In this document: piece after piece, positions 35,824 through 48,600 of the stretch
How the letters are laid out: every line of letters starts with the position of its first letter
Position numbering within the stretch: position 1 is the stretch's first letter
NCBI GenBank assembly: GCA_977862235.1
Contig: OZ374557.1
Coordinates: forward strand, 1,550,001-1,614,000
Reading direction: 5' to 3'
DNA: 64,000 nucleotides
Source of the DNA: Dudresnaya verticillata
Lineage: Eukaryota
Translations under genes and position numbers: made by a program
The notes under the pieces: generated by a model
Told to the model about the DNA's origin: nothing
Databases searched by the model: none
Seen by the model: the letters and a program-made list of their open reading frames with translations, nothing else

Positions 35824-36498
35824 TGTGGTGAAGTGAAAGGCACACCTGTAAGGAGAGCTGATCAGGAAATCCCAATAAGGAGTGATCTCACACGGCACCG
35901 GGGTGGTAGAGCTTAGTTCGTAGACCGAAGGGAGTACCTCGAGCGGCAACGCCTGTAAGGAGTAAAGGGACGCAACAGACAAGGGGGACGGTACAGTGCC
36001 AGGGCAGCTACACCGGGACGGAGGTAGGAGGAATCGGTGCACGGGGCTGGCGAGGGGAAACCGTGAAGGAGTATGAGGGTAAGGCTTAGGGTAGGTCACT
36101 TTGCCCAGGGTTGCGTACCCGTTTACTGTAGGACTCGCGGTGGCCACCCATTAATATACTGGGAGATAGGCCCCGCGGTCCGGTCCGTGTGGGCCAGACC
36201 CCAATGGGTCTGGTCCACCAGGTGGGTCCGGCCGTACTGGTCCCGGTCACCGTTGCGGACATGCTCGGCATTCTCGTTGGCCGGCTGACACTACGTACTG
36301 TACAGCATGATTACAATTACCTAATTACAAATAAATCAACTACTTGGCTCCTATTGGTGGTGCGCGCAGACTCCAGCAAGGCGTACAGTGCTACTGTGGC
36401 GCTGCACTCCCGTTCGGTGTTTGGCGCCAGCTCACCGGTGCGCCGGTCGCGAGTCGGCTCAACCGTCGTCGGCACTCCACAACGGCCACTTCACTACA
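35824..36498 (-). repeat. Element A 5' LTR
   Basis: Matches 13315-13997. PBS at 35800-35817. Confidence 0.95.
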
Positions 36499-36899
36499 CC
36501 GTCACCTCAGTGCACAGGTGCCGTCTCGGCCGTCGACGGCTCGTGAGCGTTGCGGCTCACGAGTTTGCATCAGCCGATTTTTATGGTGAAGTGAGATTAG
36601 GCATCCAAGACGGTGGAAATGCATATAGTGTGGTCTCTACCGTTGTGAGACGTGTGAACGTGTATCCGTGTTGGTATTGTGCGCATTGCTGTACGCTGGT
36701 ACGCATTTCTGTACAGCAGTGTAGCGCACCAACCATACCGGAGTATTTGTAGTATTTATTCTTTATTTTTAGTGAGTATCTGTACAGTTTGAAGAGTAGC
36801 GCGCCAGCCAATGAGAATGCTGCGCATGTCCGTGTCGGAGATTGGGACCAGCAGGGCCGATTCCACCATGGGTCCAGACCACTAGGGTCTGGCCCACAC

Positions 36900-37799
36900 T
36901 GTGGTGCAAGGGGGGTGAGCCCCTTTTTCGCTGAAAGCGGAGCAACAAATATGTCGACCGATGGAGAAACCGCCACCGGCGCTCACCACCGCCGTTGGCG
37001 CGCGAACAAGTCATCGACGGCTCACTGGGGCGCGCGCGCACGTTGCGCGCCGCGCGCCATGCGGGCACTGTACGGTGATGGGCCGACATGGCGCCCCGGG
37101 GCACTGTAACACGGATCCAGATGGGATCCGGATCCGGTATCCAGATTGGCTATCTGGATCGCCTGAGCTGTAAGGTATGCGCCTATAAGGCTGCGAGTGT
37201 TCGCATTGCTGGCCCGGATCCGGATGGGGATCGGGGTCGAACAAGTATCAGATTAGATCAAGGGCGCACGCTGTACAGTACACGCGCGCGCACAGCTGTA
37301 AGGCACACGCGTCCACGTGTGTGTAAGCGCCCACGCAATGCGTTGCGCGGCAACCTGTCAGGCGCGCGGCTGCATGCGATGGGTGATCTGTCAGACGCGC
37401 CTCGGGACGACACGTGTCCCAAGTTCCCGCGCTACGCACACGCACCGCCGCCACCGCACCGCCGTACTATACTTAGGTAAGCCGTCCCAGACGTAGCAGT
37501 AAACGCCCGGACAAGCCGGCCTTGGTCCAGACTTCCCCGTTCCGCACGCGCGTACCCTATCGCTGCCTACGGCCTAAGCGTCTACCTCCCGTGCTTCCAC
37601 GTCGCTCACCGTCCTTGACGTGTTTCCTTTTTGTTCCCTTTTTCCTTCCTTTCCGCCTCGGGCGTCTACAGTCCGCCCAAGACGTGTCAACTGCTCTACC
37701 ACAAGCCGCCCAAGACGAGGCTACTCACGCCACTGGCGACGCTACCCACCGAGCCCCGAACTGCTCGGCGGTGTTTCATCTTCAGACGTTGGCACCACA
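36900..37799 (+). mobile_element. Solo Gypsy LTR inserted in the 5' LTR of C
   Basis: TGTGGTGC / GCACCACA ends and TSD CACAC. Removing it restores the sequence seen (reverse complement) in LTR 43754-44429. Confidence 0.92.
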
Positions 37800-38310
37800 C
37801 ACACGGACCGGACCGCGCAGTGCCACCTTGACTCGTATATCAGGGCGGCACCACAGCGACTCCTAAGGTAAACGGGTAAGCAACCCTTGAGCCTCAATTC
37901 CACTGTAGCTCTTTCCTTTACGGTTTTCCCCGCGCCGAGCCCGTTGCGGTCTACCACCACCACCGTTACGGAGTCCGTCCCGGCACTTGTACCACCCCGT
38001 TGTCTGTTGCTTCCCAACGTCCGTTTCGGTTAGCCGCTCGCTGTTCTCCCGTCTCGGTGCGACCTGCTCTACCACCCCATGGAGGTAGCGTCGATCTCGT
38101 CCCGTGTAGGAAAGTTAGGCCAGCTGTCCGTTACGGAGTTCATGGGTTTTCACCACACCACATCTTTTGGTCTCCCGATCTAGAACACCGTAACGGTTGG
38201 AAGAAACAGCCGTCGAAATCCGCTACGGTAGGAAGTCGGCTGTACCGACAACCCGTTACGGAATATTGGATATACAAGCAAGAACAACCGTTGTGTTCCG
38301 TTAAGATACC

Positions 38311-40788
38311 ATGCAGAACGAAGAACACGCAGACCCTCCCGTTACGGAACCTAAAGCGGGTGAAACTACCTCCGCTGCGCGCAGTCTTCGCAGTGAAGGA
38401 GGTGAAATCCGTTCCGGAGTGGAGAACCCAGAAGACATCCTTAAGGGTGCTGCTGGTAACGCTCCCAGTTCCCGTGTCGGATCAGACGCCTCAAAGAAGG
38501 CAGCTCCGCAACCCAAGCCGGAATCTCATCGGGTCCACTGGGTCCTGTCGGAGATCCTTCCTAGGGTGTTAGCGCATCTCTGATTGTAAGTACAACCTGG
38601 AATGGTAAAATAGGTGGAGATATCCCTCTCGGAAACTGTTCCATCTTTGGTTAATTCCTATCTGGAGCAGCACCTTCCTCGGATAGTGCAAGCTTTGATC
38701 CTACAGGAAAGGTGGCCGCCGAGCTCGAGAGCCAGATTGCTCCCGGCATGGCAAGGCCTCCCGCTACGGAATGTTTCACTGAGCAACCACCGTTACGGAA
38801 TGACCTCCCGGTCGAGGGAAGAACGCAGCAGCCGCAACAACCCCCCTTTATGGGATTACAGCCGGGTACAGTACCCTCTGGGCAACTGCCACCGGCTCCC
38901 GTAACGGATTCTCAACATCAATACGCCCCTACGGGACCAACACACACTCAGCCACCTTCACGGTATTCTCCTGGACACGTAGATGTGCCTACGCCAGGGC
39001 GCTATCAGCAAGAGCGCTATACCGTTCCGGTTCGATCAGGTGGAGGCAGCGACCATCTCAGCGATGCGTCCAGCTCACCCCATCTGAGTCGGAGGACCGG
39101 TCGAGGTCAGCATAAACGAGATGCCCGACACTCCCGCTCTGACCCGCCCCGTCGGTCGCACATGGGCGACCACACCCAGCGACGACGCCACCAATCCGGT
39201 ATGGAATCCAATGAGAGCAGCTCAGGGGATAGCCAACACCGCCGCCGCAAGAGGAGAAACAGAAGATCGCGGAAACGCGAAAAAAGAAATGACTCCTCTA
39301 CCTCTACGGATTCAGGCTCAGAGAATTCCTCCGTAACGGATAGAGAGAACAGGCACCGGGGCAGAAAACACGGTGCCAAAACCGGAAAGGTGAAGGTAAT
39401 CCGGCCGCTACATGACAAGTTTGTCAAGGCGCTGGACTACCACACCTACCGATTGGGTAAGAGGAGTAAGACGTACGGCTCTAAGTTCTCATAAAACATG
39501 AGCCGTATACGGAAGAAATTCGACGTCCATATGTCATCTCATACATTCGATGGGACGGACCCTATTACTGTCTTGGGATTTCTCGCCAAGTTCCGTGACG
39601 GTTGTAATATCAATGACATCGCAGAAGGGGTTGCCGTCTGGTGCTTCCAGTTTTTCCTAAAAGGGCAACCCAAAGCCCTTCTACAGCCTAGGCTTGCTGG
39701 AGGTACCATGGCGGTTGATGTGGAACAGGCTAAGATGCTCCGCTCTTACTCCGAGGTGGTGAATTACTACTGAGGACTTACGCTACGGATGAAGTGATCG
39801 CTGAAGCCTATACGGATGTCAACAATTTCAGGGAAACATCCGCCATGACGGAAGAACAGTTCTCTAACCAACTCTGGGCAAAGGCTCTCCGCTGCGGTAC
39901 TGTATTTTCCGATCGGGCATTGAAGTCACTGTTCGTCGAGGAGCTCCTACCTGGGACGCGTCAACAGATGCGCAATTATCTTGCAACACATTCCCAGCTG
40001 GATTATCAGGCCATAACTCGCTATGCGACTGCCCTGGGTCAGTCCCATCGGGCAGCTCGACGCCAAACCGTTCCGGCTCACGTCTTTGATGGGCGCACTA
40101 AAGCGCGCCCGTCTAAGGTGTTATCACTGGATTCCGTATCGGATGTACACTATGAGCCGCACGGGAATCTTTTCGCGACGCATGCGCAAGTGCTAGCCGT
40201 CGAGGGAGGCCACAGTACCGTTACTGGAACAAGTACGGGGGTTACCTTTTCAACCCCGTACTCTTCACCCCGCAAAGCGTGACCCCTACGCCACCCAGGA
40301 TGCCACGCGCGCAAGTTCCCCGCTATGGTGTATCTCGCCCGGCTCATGGCCCCCAACAGCAGCCAAATCACTGTTACGAAAATAATGCCCACGATGGGCG
40401 AGGACAGCAGCAACCAGAACCTCCGCTACGGGATGAGTCGGATCCTCGGGTCCGATGCCTTTACGGAAGTGGCAATTGCCGCATCTGCCTTTCCGCCGAA
40501 CATTTCGTTTGCCCGTGGATAAACGACGCCGATCGGGTTAAGCTCATGTAAGAGCGTGAGCGCAACTTCCAGAGGCACTACCCTGTAGGCCGCGGGTTGG
40601 TCGTGGGAACCAGTTCGAATCCGCAAGGGAATCGGGGCAAACCGCAAACGCCCGCTCCGTAATGGAATGCCCCGGTATTATCGGTGGAGGACCATGGCGG
40701 AGAGGAATACGCGGAATTGCGCGAGCCCATGGAAGCGGATCCGACTGGTGCACTCTTGATTTCGGAAAACTCAAGGGGGGACACGTAA
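38311..40788 (+). pseudogene. gag: Element C gag
   Basis: ORF fragments homologous to A gag (FDGTDPITVLGFLAKF; CRICLSAEHFVC). Multiple stops. Confidence 0.88.
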
Positions 40789-43636
40789 GGGCGCCGCCAT
40801 CCCCGCCTCACGGCGTTCCACCTCTCGTGAGTGTGGACTCGCCCGGGGATCGGCAAGATACCGTTACGGAACTCCCATTGGCTTTTCAGACCAATAATCC
40901 TATATGTGTTATGCAACAACAAAATTATAAGATTCAAATTACTGTGGGACGGACAGATAGCGTGGTGCTTCCTATAATCTCCGTATTGGACTCTGGCGCG
41001 GGGCCAAATCTCATTAGTGCCAGGCGACTTCCCCGTCAATGGCTACCCCTCATTCGCCCCGCCACCAGTCCTCCGCTACGGGATGCATCTAATCGTGCTA
41101 TCCGCCCCCTTGGTCAGATCCAACTTTTCGTCCGCATCGGAGAGCTCCGTGCTCGCATCCATTTCCTCGTGATCGCGAACTTAGCTGCTCCGTGTACCTT
41201 GGGGACTACCTTCATCGACCGCTACGTGAAGGCAATCCTCCCTCCGTTATGGAAAGTTGTTTTCCATCATTACCCACCGGTAGCCCTTGTTGGTCAAGCC
41301 AAAATTCCGAAGACGGGAACCACTGCAACCGTACAGCCCTCACCTCTTTCTACCGCTACGGTTTCTCAGAAAATTCGTTTAGCCAAATCTACCCTTATTC
41401 CCCCTATGACTCAAACCACCGTAACGGTTAATACCCCACGGGAGGGTTATGCTTTCTACACAATCATCCCAAGCCGGCTTTTAAGCACCTTACGTTAATG
41501 GCTAATGGTATTATGGATGTTGTACCTAATAAACCGTTTCGGATCTGGGTCTCTATTTTCTAACAAACCGGTACGGTTGCCCAAATCTACTGTCGTGGGC
41601 CTCGCTACTGCTGCCCCTTCTGCTATTTTTACCGTTGACGGTATACCTCCATTTAAGGAGGGAGAGGAATTATTCAATCATTTAATTCTAACCTTGCATC
41701 TGAAAAGGCCAGCAGCATCTCCCCTAATGACAATGAAGTAGGTAAACCCGTAACGGAAACTACAAATATTACCGACTGTAAGGATCAAGTCCAGATCGGT
41801 ACAGAAGAAGCATCGCTCCGTAAACGGATTTTAGCCCTACTCGAGGAATATAAGTCGATGTGGAGTGGCGACCTTGGCAACATTACAGCTGCCAAGCACC
41901 GCATCGAGTTAACGCCCGGATCTAAGCCAGTATATCAAGCCCCATACCGCGCCGGACATAAGCAGCGAGGTCTCGTAAAGACAGAGATCGATCGCATGCT
42001 TTCCGCTAAGGTAATTGAACCAGCCTCATCGGAGTGGGCCAGTCCCGTGGTTTTCGTTCCAAAAAAGGACGGCACCATGCGGTTCTGTGTTGACTATAGA
42101 AGGCTCAATTCCGTAACGGTTAGGGACTCATATCCCTTGCCCAGGATGGATGAGAGCATAGATTCCCTTGGGGAAGCTACTGCATTTACCACCCTGGATT
42201 GCAATAGCGGATATTGGCACGTCGAGATTCCGGAAGAGGAAAGGGACAAAACTACCTTCACTAGCCATTTTGGCTTATACCGTTTTCGGAGAATGCCATT
42301 CGGATTGAAACATGCACCGGCAACCTTCCAACGGGCAGTGGATATAATTCTTTCTACGGTTAAATGGAAATTTGCCCTCGTCTACCTAGACGATGTAATT
42401 GTCTACTCAAAAACCGTTACGGAACATTTCCACCACTTGAAGGAAGTCCTTACGCTTTTACGATCCGCTGGGGTAACGTTGAAATTGTCAAAGTGTGACT
42501 TCTTCAACGCGTCCGTACAGTACCTGGGGCATGTTTTCCGTCCCGGAAAATTAGAAGTGGATAATCGGAATATCCAATCAGTTAAGGTCGCGAAGACGCC
42601 GACTAACCAAACGGAATTGCGGTCCTTCTTGGGAATGTGCAACGTGTATCGTCGCTTTGTACCCAACTTCGCTCGGATTTCAGCACCGCTGAATAAGAAA
42701 ACCGGCAAGGGCGCACCCTTTGAGTTTGGAATATTATCCGATACGGAATACGAAGCCTTCGAGGAACTGAAGAGACGCCTTATCTCTCCACCTATATTGG
42801 CTCGACCCCGTCACGGATACAAATATACGTTGGACACTGACGCATGTGACCATCAAGTCGGCTGTGTCCTTCTGCAGGAACAACCGAATGGCGACCACCT
42901 CCCTATTGGATACTGGAGCCGAAGCCTCACCGATGCGAAGAAAAATTATACGACAACCGAAAAGGAATGCTTAGCCGTGTTCTGGAGCATGTAAACACTC
43001 CGACCCTACCTCTACGGTGACAAGTTTATTCTCCGAACGGATCACGATGCCCTGCGGTGGCTCCTGAACCTCGCAGACTCATCTGGCCGCCTAGCCAGGT
43101 GGAGGCTCCGCCTATCGGAATTTGAATTTGAAGTGAAATACCGTCCAGGAATTAAGCATCAACTCGCCGATGGGATGTCGCGACTCCGAACGGATGGCGG
43201 TGACGTTAGACCTTTGGATGAAGAGATACCCTGCTTTGTCGCCGAAAATACCGTCGACGGATTATATGAGCATGGAGTTTATTTAACCGATTGGGCCACA
43301 TCACAAGAAACCGCTACGGAAAATAACGTAATATGCGCCGTGGAGCCCGCCAGTGGGAGTGCATCCGCCTCCCCTGATAAGCCCGACGCAATACCGTCAC
43401 GGTTTACTGTAATCCAAGAATCCGACGTTAAGGATGAGACAATTACCAGGGAGGAGTTCCTTGCAGCGCGAGCCAGAGACCCTTTCTGTCGTCTCAAAGC
43501 CGATACGGTAGGCTCCCCTGGATCACAGTTTGACTATGACCGTAACGGATTCTTGGTACGCAAGTCCAATTGGATGGTGCTCTGCAGACGGTGGTGCCAA
43601 GCGAACTCCGTGGACGGGTATTTGCACTTATCCCAC
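40760..43636 (+). pseudogene. pol: Element C pol (PR, dUTPase-like domain, RT, RNase H, start of integrase)
   Basis: LDSGAGPN, YLDD, TDACD, EKECLA, ADGMSR motifs. Truncated. Confidence 0.92.
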
Positions 43637-43753
43637 GCACGATTGCCGACGAGAGCAAAAAACCCATATAGACGCTTCACACAATCGGTCTCATCGTCCG
43701 CTCGGCTCCCGCGTCGTCAAACACGACTTCATCGTGTGCGAGCGGTTGACGGC

Positions 43754-45670
43754 TGTGGTGTAGTGAAAACCCACGAACTCCGTAACGAACAGCTGGCCTA
43801 ACTTTCCTACACGGGACGAAACCGACACTACCTCCACGGGGTGATAGAGCAGTTCGCACCGAGACGGGAGAACAGTGAGCGGCTAACCGAAACGGATATT
43901 GGGAAGCAACAGACAAGGGGGTGGTACAAGTGCCGGGACGGACTCCGTAACGGTGGTGGTGGTAGACCGCAACGGGCCCGGCGCGGGGAAAACCGTAAAG
44001 GAAAGAGCTACAATGGGATTGAGGCTGAAGGGTTGCTTGCCCGTTTACCTTAGGAGCCGCTGCGGTGCCGTCCTAATATACAAGTCAGGGTGGCACCGAG
44101 CGGTCCGGTCCGTGTGGGCCAGACCCTAAAGACCCGGACCCATGGTGGAATCGGCCCTGCTGGTCCCAATCTCCGACACGGACATGCGCAGCATTCTCAT
44201 TGCCTGGCGCGCTACTCTACACACTGTACAGATACTCACTAAAAATAAAGAATAAATACTACAAATACTCCGGTATGGTTGGTGCGCTATACTGCTGTAC
44301 AGAAATGCGTACCAGCGTACAGCAATACGCACAATACCGAGACGGATACACGTTCACACGTCTCACAACGGTAGAGACCACACTATATGTATTTCCACCG
44401 TCTTGGATGCCGAATCTCACTTCAGCACAGACCCCCCTCCTTAAATGGTGACACGTCCTCGTGCGCCCAAGTTAACGGAGTTACTGCTAGGGTCCGCTGA
44501 ACCGTCAGCGGGTTCGAGCAGCTTTTCCAGGTCTCGCGTCAACTGCTCTACTGCCGTCACGGTTTGCTTCGATGCGTTGCGAAACTCCACGCACCTCCGA
44601 TACCATGACGACCGTCACGTAGAATAACCGAGACGCGCTTGACGCGAGTGGCGTGCTCATCCCCAAGGGATGCCGGCCCAGACCGGTCGTCGTGCTCTAG
44701 CCCATAAACGATCCGCAACGGGTTCCTCCCGTATGTCAGGGGAGCAGACACTAGATCTTGTCCCACTTTCACCGTAACGGGGTTGCAATCCAGGCACCTC
44801 GCAGACAGCCGCATTTGCAAACATTCGACATGGGGGTCCTACCACACCTAAAGGAGCAAACACCTTTGGATAGTGTTGCTCTCACCGTAGCGGAATAAGG
44901 TTCCCAACTGTCTGCTCGAACGCGCAGTCGATTACGCTCCCATATCCACAATGGACAATTAGTATTCCGATCGGACGACGGTACCTCACACCAGCTATCC
45001 CCTGACGGAAGGTGTTCCGACTTGGGTGGCGAGAAGCTGGAGGGCTAGGTACGCCACAAACCGGCGCAGGCGGCGTGTTTCAGGAATCCGTAGCGGTTAC
45101 GGGCGAATACCTTCACCCCTGCCTTTATTAGACACACTACGAACCCCTCCCTCTTGAGATGAACCCAACCCGCGACGGTGATAATATATTGTTATCGATG
45201 TAATAATATATTGAACATTATATAAAATATTAATATTAACATCAGTATTAACATATACCCCGGGACTCTGAGAAGAATAATAGGACCGAGGAATTTTCCT
45301 GTACCGTCGCGGAAGAGGCCGTTCTTGGCCCAAACGTGCTGGGCGGCCACCTATGGCAAGAAAAAGGCGTGCCGCTCCCGGAAAGGTCGACGACGAACAC
45401 CGTTGCGGTGGCTGACGGGGTGTTCAGAGCGATTTCCGTGACGGAAGAGTGCCGCGTAAGCGGTGGAACCTTGGCAGAGTACGCCGGCTGCGATATTGCG
45501 GAAAAACGAGAGTACCGTTTTGGGAAATGGGTCCCGTCATCAGCAGGGTACGCGACCCTCGCTGGCAAAATCCGTGACGTAGCGGTATGCCCCATGGGGA
45601 AACTGCAGTTTGAACAACAACGACATCCCGTAACTGTAGCAGGCGTCGACAAGACGCAGTTCCCGTAACG
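43754..45670 (-). mobile_element. 3' fragment D of a C-family Gypsy: 3' LTR (43754-44429), PPT (44430-44446) and 3' extra region
   Basis: The LTR is a reverse-complement match to the C LTR. PPT ATTTAAGGAGGGGGGTC is the same as in A. Contains CCGNTACGG motifs and an AT-rich island like A. Right boundary is approximate. Confidence 0.85.
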
Positions 45671-48600
45671 GGGTCGCCACATCTCGGGGAGTATCCTCCC
45701 GCAGCGGCGGGGGACAGTAGAAGGCGCGGTCCGCTGCGATGCGTTCGACCAAGCCGCCTCTGTCGATAAACAGCGTGCGCTTGTCACTAAGCAGCACGCG
45801 GTAGGGCCCTATCGCTGGGCTCTGGAGCTTCTTGGGTTTCTTAACCCCGTCGCTCGCGTAGGTGAAGACTTAGTCTCCCGATCGAATGCGGGAGTTGACT
45901 TTTCTGACATGCTTGTCAAAGTCTTTCTTGTAACGCCGCTGCGTTTTGTCGAGAGCGCTCGATGCGCTTGCGAAGGCGGCGTCGAGCCGCTTGAGAACCA
46001 CGCGCACGTCCTCACTAGGTTTCGGTCTGGCCGCTGCCTTATGAAACTTAGTGAACTCCGGCGGCGGCCGGGACAGCACGAGGCTGAAGGGTGTCGTCCG
46101 CGTCGTGCGATGGATATGGCAGTTGTAGGAATACATCAGCGCCGCTGCGTATCGATCCCAGTCGTCGTGGTGATCGTTGATGTAATTCCTCAACATAGCC
46201 ATGACGGTCCGGTTGTAGCGCTCAACCTGACCGTTCCCCTGCGGGTGGTAGGCGGACGTGAACACGTTGTTCAGTCCGAGGTAGCGGCACACTTCCTGAA
46301 AGAACTTTGAGGTGAATTGCTTCCCGTTGTCCGACAACATAGACCTCGGTAGTCCATAGTGGAAGACCCACCTCTCACAGAATACTACTGCGACGTGGTA
46401 CGCTGTGATGGTGCGCAGCGGCGCTACTTGAGTCAGCTTCGTGAATCGATCCGTCATGACGAGCAGGAATCGCTTTCCTGACTTCGTCTTGGGCAGCGGC
46501 CCTAGGATATCGATCGCGAGCGACTCGAGCGGCCTCATGGCCGGGAACAACTTCAACCGATAAAGGGACCTCCGCAAGCGTATGCGGTTCCTGGCCCAGT
46601 GCCGACAGTTCCGAACGGTCATGGCGATGTCTGTTGACATGTGTGGCCAGTAGTAACTCTCGCGGAGCGTGTAGAACATCCTGTTCTGGCCAGGATGGCC
46701 AGCCAGGAGGGAGTGGTGCGCGAGCGTGAGAAGCCGCGGCTGAGCGCTTCGGGCACCACTATTTGCTCCAACGAGGAGATGACGGGGTAACGCCGGCACA
46801 AGAGCCTGTCCTCGTCCTCAAAGAAGTGGCTATCCCGTCGACGGGACTGCCGTGCCAACACCGTTTGGCAAAAGGAATCGCGCCGCTGCGAATCAACCAA
46901 TTCTTTGACGGTTATTGGTGAAGGGAGCTTCACCGGTTCGACCCGGGTGAGGTCCGTCGGCTCTTGGCTCGCGTCGATGCGGCCGAGGTCGAAGAGGTCG
47001 ACGTCGTCGCAGTCATCCCAGGCTTCGTCGTCGGCAAGCCCCGGCGGCTCGTCGCTGTCCGATGGCTCCTTGGCTTCGCTGCCATTGCCACCCACTGCAG
47101 CCGGTCGATCCGGCGCCTTCCGCGTCGACGCGTTGGATTGGGACCGCGTGGTCAGCAAGACCGGCGGTGCCTTGGGTTCGGTACTCGAGGCACCCTCCTT
47201 CTGGCGGTCGACCGCCGGGGGGTCATAGGTAGGGACGTCGTCGTCAACCTCCTCTTGCTGCCGTCGAGGCCTCACCAGGCGGGACAGCGCGTCCGGCACC
47301 TGTTGTACCCTACCCGGGCGGTACTCGATCTGGAAGTCGAATTCCGCTAGTCGCAACCGCCAGCGGGTGAGGCGACCGGACGAATCGGTCAAGGATATGA
47401 GCCAGCGCAAGGCATCATGGTCGGTTCGTACCGTGAACCGGGTCCCTTCGATGTAGGGACGCATGGTTGTGATCGACCACACCACTGCGAAGCACTCGCG
47501 CTCCGTGGCCGAGTAGTTTCGCTCCGCTGAGCTTAGTGAGTAAGACCAGTACCCAACGGGGTGTAACTGGCCGTCCTCTTGCTCCTGGAGCAGGGCGCAT
47601 CCGAGCTGGTACGCCGATGCGTCCGTGTCGAGGACGTACGGATTCCTGTCGCGAGGGAGCCGTAGGATAGGAGGCGATAAGAGTGTCGCTCGCAGCGTCT
47701 CGAATGCCTCTAGCGCCGCTGCGCTTGGATTATCGAAATTCACATCCGCATCCTTGCGGGTCATATCCGTCAATGGACGAGCGATCTTCGCGAAGTTCCT
47801 GACGAAGCGGCGGTAAACGTTACACGCCCCGAGGAACGACCTCACTTTCGTTAGGGACTTCGGGAGCTGCGCATGGCGGAACGCGTCGATGCTTGTCTTC
47901 GTCATGCGCAGTTTCCCCGGCTCGATCACGTGACCGAGGTAGTCCACGCGGGACTGGGAGAAGTGGCAATTCTTCAGCTTCAGGGACATGCCGCCCTTTC
48001 GAAGCAGAGTCAGCACGCGGTCTAGGTGACCGACGTGCTCCGCGATCGACCGCGAGAATATGATCACATCATCGAGATAGATCAAACAACACTACCATCT
48101 AACTCCGCTGCGTATGATGTCCAGTGCACGCTGGAAAGTCGCAGGGGTATTCTTCAGTCCGAAGGGTATCCTTAGGTAGCGCAACGTCCCTAGGAACGTC
48201 TTGAACGTGGTCTTATCCCTGTCAGCCGCTGCGACAGGGATTTGCCAGTACACCGCGTTACAATCCAGCGTGGAGAAAATGGCAGCGTCGCCAAGACTAT
48301 CGATACAGTCATCCATGCGTGGGAGTGGGTACGCATCACTCAGGATTTTGGTGTTAAGACGTCGACAGTCCACACAAAACCTGAGTGTGCCATCCTTCTT
48401 GGGCTCCAGAACGACTGGCGATGCCCACTCCGACGTGGCGGGTTCGATTACCCCTGCACGCAGCATGGTCTCGACCTCGTTCTGTACGAGCTTCCGCATA
48501 GCGGGGCCCTGTCGATAGGGCATTGAGCGAATCGGCCGCTTGCCGGGTTCCACGTCGCTGTGGTGTTGCGTAGCGGCAATCGTGCCTAGCCTGCCGTCCC

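Larger units (their letters stand above)
13315..36498 (-). mobile_element. Ty3/Gypsy chromodomain LTR retrotransposon A, interrupted by element B
   Basis: LTRs 13315-13997 and 35824-36498; TSD CCATC/CCGTC (1 mismatch); PBS 35800-35817; PPT split between 13998-14004 and 27204-27220; gag-PR-RT-RH-IN-chromodomain order. Confidence 0.95.
36582..43636 (+). mobile_element. Ty3/Gypsy element C, a relative of A, 3'-truncated early in integrase
   Basis: 5' LTR 36582-38162 (interrupted by a solo LTR), PBS 38168-38185, gag and pol homologous to A. Homology stops at about 43636. Confidence 0.9.

Noticed and set aside
36582..44429. LTR D as the inverted 3' LTR of element C, or a DIRS-like inverted-repeat element
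   Set aside because: The flanks do not form a TSD (ATTTT vs GCCGT) and D has its own PPT on the far side. Two separate insertions of one family is simpler.
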